Shown here: in pieces, positions 17,799 through 23,541 of the stretch | Position numbering within the stretch: position 1 is the first letter of the stretch | Layout of the letters: every line of letters starts with the position of its first letter | Source: Desulfotalea psychrophila LSv54 | Lineage (GTDB): Bacteria > Desulfobacterota > Desulfobulbia > Desulfobulbales > Desulfocapsaceae | Reading direction: 5' to 3' | Assembly (NCBI RefSeq): GCF_000025945.1 | Contig: NC_006138.1 | Coordinates: forward strand, 1,290,001-1,322,000 | DNA: 32,000 bases | Program-made: the position numbers and the translations under genes | Notes under the pieces: model-generated | Database searches by the model: none | Seen by the model: the letters and a program-made list of their open reading frames with translations, nothing else | Told to the model about the DNA's origin: nothing

Positions 17799-17849
17799 TT
17801 ATCACTCGTTGTTGAATGATATCAGGAAACCGGATAATAACTTGTTAGA
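17799..17849 (+). repeat. island intergenic repeat, copy B (upstream of the 201-aa gene)
   Basis: ttatcactcgttgttgaatgatatcaggaaaccggataataacttgttag. The hairpin at 17820-17836 occupies the same position as in copy A, with one compensatory pair change (A-T to G-C) and the loop changed from ttt to aaa. Confidence 0.7.
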
Positions 17850-17858
17850 TGTAAAGTA

Positions 17859-18464
17859 ATGAATGATATCTACCCAGATTTAGAATGGTATACATCGCTA
17901 AGCGCTAGCAAAAACGCAGCGCCTAGATGTCCATATGCAAATGTGCATCGGTGTAACCGCTATTACTCCAGTCTATATTTGTTAGGGGAGCGTAATATCG
18001 CAAGCAAAATGAATGAAAAAAAAATAATTGAACTAGATAACTATTGGCAAGAAACTGATTTAATACCTGTTGTCCAAGAGCATGATCCGGCTATCAGTTC
18101 TAGTAATGGTAAGATCTTTAGTGTTAGCAATTTCTGCCCTGAAGTTAGTTTTAATTTTTTTAGTTTATTTACTGAATATATGTCGAAGTATGTAGATGAA
18201 ATTGATAGAGACTATGTTCATCAACGATTGAGTTCTGAAGCAAGGAGTAAAGATTGGCGATGGGAATGGATGTCCATAAAAGAAATGCATTATCTAGATT
18301 GCCCAGCCTACTCTCAATTAATGGGTTCCGCATATAGCGCAAATAAAAAAGAAAACGAAACGCAAAAAGACGAAATACTAGAAATAAAGCCAAGTTTTAT
18401 GGGTGTTAGCATTAACCTAAAATCCTTGTATAAATGGGTTGTTAAAAAAGCGCATAATAAATAG
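17859..18464 (+). CDS. hypothetical protein, 201 aa, no recognisable domain
   Basis: Uninterrupted ORF with the same A+T-rich composition and strand as the upstream HEPN gene. Scattered Cys/His (CPYANVHRC, FCPEV, LDCPAY). Basic C-terminus. Confidence 0.6.
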   Translation: MNDIYPDLEWYTSLSASKNAAPRCPYANVHRCNRYYSSLYLLGERNIASKMNEKKIIELDNYWQETDLIPVVQEHDPAISSSNGKIFSVSNFCPEVSFNFFSLFTEYMSKYVDEIDRDYVHQRLSSEARSKDWRWEWMSIKEMHYLDCPAYSQLMGSAYSANKKENETQKDEILEIKPSFMGVSINLKSLYKWVVKKAHNK

Positions 18465-18720
18465 ATTCAGCGTATGGCCATCGCGCGCCGGGACTGTTAA
18501 ACAATTTTTGATCAATAATTTTGTCCACCCCAACCCCCTGCTTCCGTTGCCAATCCTCAACAAGCAGATACTGCTCCCACTTTCCCGCATCTTCAGAGAG
18601 GGCTTGCCGGACGGTCTCGGTATTTCTACCAGCGTGGACGGTAATCTCATCCATGCCACCACCTGCACCTCTCTTTTTCACTTCTATCCCAATATATGCT
18701 ACATAACCTTCACCAACCAA
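18442..18720 (-). CDS. doubtful ORF or gene fragment in a short higher-GC patch
   Basis: 92 codons starting at a TTG directly after an in-frame TGA. Contains IGIEVKK (an ExK-like string). Overlaps the 3' end of the 201-aa gene by 23 nt. Confidence 0.2.
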   Translation of the reverse strand: MVGEGYVAYIGIEVKKRGAGGGMDEITVHAGRNTETVRQALSEDAGKWEQYLLVEDWQRKQGVGVDKIIDQKLFNSPGARWPYAESIYYALF

Positions 18721-19015
18721 TCATAGGACCCCAACACGTACACCTAATGGTTCTTAATTATTGTCTATAAAAAAGAAATAGTGTAAGGACAGGGGCGGAG
18801 GACATCAATGCACCCTTTTGTAAGGTAGGTAGCCGTGGGTGTTTAGGTTGGAGCGCTGTAAGTTGATCGGTAAGGCTAGAAGGATCATGTGTATGGTTGC
18901 AACAATCTTTCACTACGGATCTCTAGGAAATCATCAGGGACACAATAGTTAGTTTTGCCAAATAGTATGCTTGCCCCCTAGAGTTCAGAAGCATGTGCAG
19001 CGTAAATTTTAATTT

Positions 19016-19597
19016 TTATGCATCTGAACCGGATTTATCTGAGATACTATTGGGTTTAATCGAAGAGGGAAACCAATCAAATAAATTTGAAAAAAGACTC
19101 TGATACCAGTTTATCTTGTAAGAATATTTTTCATCATACCCTAGTGCTTTTGCTAATTCATTGTGGCACATTAAGTTTAACACTTGGAGCACAGGTGGCT
19201 CTTCTGCCTCTATTTCAAGACGTTCACGCATCACGCCCAACAACTGATCAGAATGTAATTTTGGATCTATCAATTTTTTTTCTAACGATATAAAATCCCT
19301 TGCGAAATCATGATGACTCCTTGCTTTCCCCTTAGTCTCAAAAACAAGATCTAGAACAGAAAAAATAGCTGTAAGGCTAGCTAATATCAATGGAATCCAC
19401 GCAGTATTCTCTGAGGAAATAAGGGCTATAATCGTACTAGATCCAAATATAGCAGTAAAGGCATCTGACAATTTACTGACTCGATCGAAAAAACCTCGCC
19501 GTCTATTGTGATACCTCACTGATCGTCGGACACTGAAAAGTAGATTGTGTTGCTCCTCTGCAATCGTATCGTTTTCTCCCGTTACATCTTCTTGCAT
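19016..19597 (-). CDS. SLATT-like two-transmembrane protein (putative membrane-disrupting effector)
   Basis: 193 aa. Basic N-terminal helix (SVRRSVRYHNRRRGFFDRVSKL), then two adjacent TM helices (AFTAIFGSSTIIALI and AWIPLILASLTAIFSVLDLVF) and a helical C-terminus. This layout and the RYHxRRRxFF string match my memory of SLATT-family proteins. Not HMM-verified. Confidence 0.5.
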   Translation of the reverse strand: MQEDVTGENDTIAEEQHNLLFSVRRSVRYHNRRRGFFDRVSKLSDAFTAIFGSSTIIALISSENTAWIPLILASLTAIFSVLDLVFETKGKARSHHDFARDFISLEKKLIDPKLHSDQLLGVMRERLEIEAEEPPVLQVLNLMCHNELAKALGYDEKYSYKINWYQSLFSNLFDWFPSSIKPNSISDKSGSDA

Positions 19598-19602
19598 TTT
19601 AA

Positions 19603-19773
19603 TTACTTCTTTCCAGGAGGTTTTCTCGGTGGTGGTGGAGCTGTATCAACAATTCTGTCTTTTCTGCTATAGTCAATTGACTGTGGGGTGCTGTGATCAG
19701 TAAACGGCATACTTTTACCACTTCCAGCTCCACCCTTATCTTGCTTTTTACCTGTTTTCCCTTGTTCTGCCAT
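19603..19773 (-). CDS. 56-aa Lys/Gly/Pro-rich micro-protein, not in the supplied ORF track
   Basis: Hand translation: MAEQGKTGKKQDKGGAGSGKSMPFTDHSTPQSIDYSRKDRIVDTAPPPPRKPPGKK. GAGGTG (19780-19785 on the - strand) lies 6 nt upstream of the ATG. Its stop is 5 nt before the SLATT-like ATG, and the purine-rich end of the ORF could serve as that gene's RBS. Confidence 0.5.
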   Translation of the reverse strand: MAEQGKTGKKQDKGGAGSGKSMPFTDHSTPQSIDYSRKDRIVDTAPPPPRKPPGKK

Positions 19774-19878
19774 TAAAGTCACCTCACGCTTAATTTCTTT
19801 TCATTTTTTTATGATATTTCTAAAAGCTGCTGATTTCACCTAACAGCATAATAACTTACCACAAAGCTGGATTAGTAC

Positions 19879-19903
19879 AATAAGTGCAACAGACTAAAAT
19901 TTG
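19879..19903. repeat. 25-bp exact repeat, copy 1 (aataagtgcaacagactaaaatttg)
   Basis: Identical to 30534-30558 in the same orientation. Its first 10 nt, aataagtgca, also occur at 15406-15415 at the island's left junction. Confidence 0.9.
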
Positions 19904-19977
19904 AAAAGTGAGTGAGTTGGAGGTATGGTTTGCCCTCTCCCTCCGTGTCCAGTCCGTACTATCGTGTGAGGAGAGCA

Positions 19978-20380
19978 GATTAAATCCTGCCCACTTTCGC
20001 CTATGCTGGGTTTGATTCTCGACTCTTTACAGTCACTTATTGACGAAATTCCCCCAAGTCACCCCCCCAGGAGGGAAAACTTTTAATGGTGATCAGCGGT
20101 GAAAGATTAGGAAGGGAACTGCTCTCTCTACCTGCTTAAACTATATGCACAGTCAAAGCCTACTTTTTGTGCACGTTTTCCCCATATGCACTGTATCGAC
20201 CTTTCTTTGGGCAATCCCCATTGTCACGGAGCTGAGCAGTGGAGAGGTTGGGGAAAGCAGAGTTTGAGTTGTTTAAGCTAGCCTTCTTAAACTCTCGCTA
20301 AGCTTTGAGAAGCACAGGCTAGGCGCCCGTAGTGACGGGGCTCCTTTCCTTCGTTTTCTTTTGAGTAAAAGAGATGAATA
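19978..20380 (+). pseudogene. decayed second copy of the Fic gene (internal deletion, 3' part plus downstream tail)
   Basis: 19978-19990 matches Fic nt ~21715-21727. 20002-20137 matches ~21938-22090 at roughly 80-85 percent identity by eye. 20337-20380 matches the Fic stop region and the 40 nt after it (22236-22283). No open frame. Confidence 0.7.
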
Positions 20381-20411
20381 TGTGCCCTTTATTTGCATCA
20401 GCCTGTTTGGC

Positions 20412-20816
20412 CTACTCTTTATAACCAAAGACAGTGATGAAAGAGGTGGTCTCTGGTGGTCTTGCCAAATACTCATCAACGAGAATGTGGCTCACATCGG
20501 GGGATGTCATTTTTGCTAACTTCTCCATAAGAATATCGTCAAAACGCTCCTTAGCAATATAGTTGTTTTCTTTGAGGTAGGACTCAAATTCAGTTGCAAT
20601 ATCGAGCATATTTTTAATAACAGGACTTTCCTTATACTCTTCTCGAATATATGAGAAATCAAAGCCGAAATAGGTGCAGGCCGCAAAGATCAGGTGTGGA
20701 CAGTGCCAGTACTCTCCTCTGGCAAACCACTCTTTATTGCATATAGGGCAGCGTATTTCCTCCCATCCTTCATCCCTGTTAACTCTCTTGTGCGCGTCAG
20801 ATTGTACTATTTTCAT
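20412..20816 (-). CDS. hypothetical Cys/His-containing protein, 134 aa
   Basis: ORF with a CPICNKEW...HCPH pattern (possible zinc-binding knuckle). Divergent from the Fic gene across a 395-bp spacer. Confidence 0.5.
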   Translation of the reverse strand: MKIVQSDAHKRVNRDEGWEEIRCPICNKEWFARGEYWHCPHLIFAACTYFGFDFSYIREEYKESPVIKNMLDIATEFESYLKENNYIAKERFDDILMEKLAKMTSPDVSHILVDEYLARPPETTSFITVFGYKE

Positions 20817-21211
20817 GGACTATCCTTATAAATGATCTTAGGTTTTCTGGTTATGCATAAACAATCTTATTCCATGCTACTAAACATTCTATTTTCAATT
20901 TGTCATGGTTCTATTGAGGATGAAATAAAAAAAGCTCTTGCCGGGTCATATTGTGTAGAAAGAATATTTTTCGTAGTTTTTCATTGATCCTGAAGCATCG
21001 GTTTCAGGGGGCACGTTTGGGGCACGAGGGTGCAGAGGGTGTGGCGAGTGATACAAGGTACAGGAGAGTTTATATGCTTATGCAAAGGTATAGGGCAGAT
21101 GAGTGGCTGCTGTAAGCGGAGCCATCTGCTACTGTTTTACCAGTAAATAGAGTATGCTTAGGCTCAAAGATAAAAACTTGGCATCTAACAGCTCATACAA
21201 ATAAAATAGCA

Positions 21212-22243
21212 ATGAATCCTCCCTTTACCATCACCAGCCAGATACTCTCTCTCGTGGCAGAGATCAGTGAGAAAGTTGGCAATATCAAGGCCTTTCAGCA
21301 ATCTGGAGGAACGGACCATAAGCGGGATGATCTCCGTCTGCGCAGGATTAATCAAATCCGTACCATCCAAGGCTCTCTTGCCATTGAGGGTAATACCCTC
21401 AGTGAAGAGCAGATCACCGCCATCTTAGGGGGAAAGACCGTTATCGCGCCCCTAAAGGAGGTGCAGGAGGCTCGCAACGCCTTAAAGGTCTATGGTCAGA
21501 TGGAGAGATGGCGTTTCGCGGCAAGAGACGACCTCCTCCGGGCCCATAAAGAGCTGATGCTCGGTCTTCTTGACAGTGCCGGACAGTACCGTAGCTCTGG
21601 GGTTGGCATAATGAAGAACGAAGAGGTTATCCACCTGACACCACCTGCGGATATGGTGCCAACTCTGATGGCCAATCTCTTCTCATGGCTTAGAGACAGC
21701 GAGGCGCATCCCCTGATTAAATCCTGCGTCTTTCACTATGAATTTGAGTTCATCCACCCCTTTGCCGATGGTAATGGCCGAATGGGTCGCCTCTGGCAAA
21801 GCCTCATTCTCTCTGATTGGCATGAGATCTTTGCCTATCTGCCCGTAGAGAGTCTCGTCTATCAATATCAGAGTGAATATTATCGGGCCTTGAATGAAAG
21901 TACGAACCAGGCTGATTCTGCTCCCTTTATCTCATTGATGCTGGGTTTGGTTCTCAACTCTTTACAGGCATTTATTGATGATACCCCCCAAGTCACCCCC
22001 CAAGTCACCCCCCAAGTCGGAAAACTTTTAATGGTAATCAGGGGCGAAATGTTGGGAAAGGAACTGCTCGCTCTGCTTGGTCTAAGGGATAGGAGATCGT
22101 TTGTCAGGCTTTATCAGGAGCCGGCCCTTGCTACCGGTCTTGTTGAGATGACTCTGCCGGAAAAACCCACCAGCCGTCTGCAGCGATATCGACTGACTCT
22201 CCTGGGGCATGAAGTGCTAAGAACAATTTCCTGTCAGGGCTAG
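21212..22243 (+). CDS. Fic-family protein (AMPylase-type), with an N-terminal inhibitory motif and a C-terminal winged-helix-like tail
   Basis: Canonical Fic motif HPFADGNGRMGR (21755-21790). (S/T)xxxE(G/N) inhibitory motif SLAIEG (21374-21391). C-terminal LPEKPTSRLQRYRLT string typical of Fic proteins with a wHTH tail. Confidence 0.9.
   Translation: MNPPFTITSQILSLVAEISEKVGNIKAFQQSGGTDHKRDDLRLRRINQIRTIQGSLAIEGNTLSEEQITAILGGKTVIAPLKEVQEARNALKVYGQMERWRFAARDDLLRAHKELMLGLLDSAGQYRSSGVGIMKNEEVIHLTPPADMVPTLMANLFSWLRDSEAHPLIKSCVFHYEFEFIHPFADGNGRMGRLWQSLILSDWHEIFAYLPVESLVYQYQSEYYRALNESTNQADSAPFISLMLGLVLNSLQAFIDDTPQVTPQVTPQVGKLLMVIRGEMLGKELLALLGLRDRRSFVRLYQEPALATGLVEMTLPEKPTSRLQRYRLTLLGHEVLRTISCQG
21983..22018 (+). 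repeat. three tandem copies of a 12-nt unit (accccccaagtc) inside the Fic gene, encoding TPQV x3
   Basis: Read directly from the sequence. The decayed copy at ~20050-20068 has only about one unit. Confidence 0.9.
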
Positions 22244-22285
22244 TTCCTCTTCATTGTCTCTTTTGAGCAAGAGAGATGAATAATC

Positions 22286-22365
22286 GGCTCAGGCATTCGA
22301 ATCGCCTCGGGATCACCATTGATAAAGGCACTTACGGCTCACGCTGTAAGTGCCTGTTTTCGTTT
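22286..22365 (+). repeat. distal copy of the island-bounding direct repeat (tRNA 3' fragment plus terminator hairpin), attR-like
   Basis: cggctcaggcattcgaatcgcctcgggatcacca plus hairpin aaggcacttac/gtaagtgcct. The G-to-A change at 22295 would break the T stem, and no 5' half of a tRNA precedes it. Confidence 0.85.
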
Positions 22366-22497
22366 ACGGCCAATCTGTAGCCACTATGTAGCCAGATTGC
22401 AGGAAAATGGGGTCTACGCCAAAGAAGGGGGATGGCCGTTTTTCGCTGCCATAGGCGGGCAGATTGTCGTTAATGAGTAAGGTGGCCAACCTGTTGA

Positions 22498-23436
22498 CTA
22501 CAAGCCGTTATCGCCTTTTTTGCGGAGGTCCAAAACGTGATTGTCGTATGCCAAGAGTCCCTTGCCGTAATTGTAACGCGTATCTATTTCGAGGCCCAGG
22601 CTGTTTCTCTTGCCCGATCTACCCGCAAAATCCGGCGCGTCATTGGTTCTGGGCCTCTGAGCGAGAGATTCAGGGTCTGTCTTGCCCACAGCACTGTTTT
22701 CTTCACAACCTGGTCTGTTGCTATGTTCCAGGGTTTTTATGAGTCTCTTTTTTTCCGGGACAGATTGAACAGCATTGATTGTTTCAATGATTCCATCGCT
22801 AAGAGGGTCGAACATATTGATCGGCAGGGAAACAGCAAGCTCCCCCTTGTCGAATTTTCCGTACCGCCTTGTACCGTTACACATCAGTGATAAATTGATA
22901 TCGTTTGTATGGAATACCTTTGATGTCATGTCGGAGCACATGGCCTGATTCCCATAAAAGCTGAGATTTTTTGGTGCGCCGTATTTGTAGGTGTATCCCT
23001 GCATTATTCGCATCATTGTATGCGCGTAATCCACCATGATGACAAGATCGGCATGTTCCATTTCTTCAAGAGGGCCGAGTTCAACGCCAAAAATATCCTG
23101 GTCAATGTACATCATTGCATCAGCAATGCTTTTTCCAATCGCCCGGCTTTCAGCAAGTCCGCAATAGTCAAAGCTTCGGCCTTCGCGCATGGAAATATCC
23201 GGTTTCTCCAGACCAATGGCCGCACGGGCATAGTCGCAGGTGACGAGATTTTTATCTACCTTAAAATGCTTGCCATCTAATGCCTGTCGGACTTGATAAC
23301 AGTAAGGCCCCTTGAGTGCTGCAGGTTCGGCTTTGCAGTTGTCATAGTCTTCCTGAAAATCAAGGAAATGCAGCCCCACAATTCTGTGCTGCAGGTCGAG
23401 TGCTGTTGTCATTTTCCATACATTTGTATTCTTCAT
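22498..23436 (-). CDS. DUF169-like protein with a ~70-aa low-complexity C-terminal extension
   Basis: 312 aa. By my recollection the N-terminal 240 aa resemble the DUF169/COG2043 family (GPYCYQV, VTCDYARAAIG, SLMCNGTRRYG). AAGGTG RBS 6 nt upstream. Last gene of the ABC operon. Confidence 0.45.
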   Translation of the reverse strand: MKNTNVWKMTTALDLQHRIVGLHFLDFQEDYDNCKAEPAALKGPYCYQVRQALDGKHFKVDKNLVTCDYARAAIGLEKPDISMREGRSFDYCGLAESRAIGKSIADAMMYIDQDIFGVELGPLEEMEHADLVIMVDYAHTMMRIMQGYTYKYGAPKNLSFYGNQAMCSDMTSKVFHTNDINLSLMCNGTRRYGKFDKGELAVSLPINMFDPLSDGIIETINAVQSVPEKKRLIKTLEHSNRPGCEENSAVGKTDPESLAQRPRTNDAPDFAGRSGKRNSLGLEIDTRYNYGKGLLAYDNHVLDLRKKGDNGL

Positions 23437-23541
23437 CTATAACACCTTGCATTTATATGTCGTTCTTCCGCCTTATAAAACTTGCCGGGCAGTATCATCT
23501 TGATATTCTCCAAGAGACGTGCCCGGCAGAAACGGCCCTTA

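Larger units (their letters stand above)
15350..22318. mobile_element. tRNA-Arg-associated genomic island (~7 kb, A+T-rich, no intact recombinase; probably a composite of two related elements)
   Basis: Bounded by the 80-bp direct repeat. Base composition visibly drops relative to the flanks. Cargo is defence or toxin-type genes in mixed orientation plus gene remnants. Confidence 0.75.

Noticed and set aside
17715-17851. An integron attC site or gene-cassette array. The interval starts right after the stop codon with ATAACAAC and ends with GTTAGAT, a canonical GTTRRRY core, 8 nt before the next ORF.
   Set aside because: The 137-bp interval does not fold as the end-to-end imperfect palindrome expected of attC. 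Only ~10-12 nt at the two ends are complementary, and the interior forms separate local hairpins. The left end does not fit RYYYAAC well, no intI integrase or attI is present, and the third expected site after the 201-aa gene is missing. The geometry is noted under the repeat finding instead.
20273-20479. ORF 20273..20479(-) as a gene
   Set aside because: It lies across the tail of the decayed Fic copy and overlaps the 3' end of the 134-aa gene in another frame. The translation is Ser/Leu/Arg-rich with no start context.
20412-22243. A classical FicT/FicA toxin-antitoxin pair formed by the 134-aa gene and Fic
   Set aside because: The small gene is divergent rather than upstream and co-directional. 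It lacks the (S/T)xxxE(G/N) antitoxin motif, and the Fic protein carries that motif itself (SLAIEG). A regulatory link remains possible but is not supported by the sequence.
22464-22890. Plus-strand ORFs 22464..22742 and 22537..22890
   Set aside because: They lie antisense to the 3' half of the DUF169-like gene, which has a proper RBS and operon context. Their translations are Cys/Arg/Pro-rich shadow-frame products.
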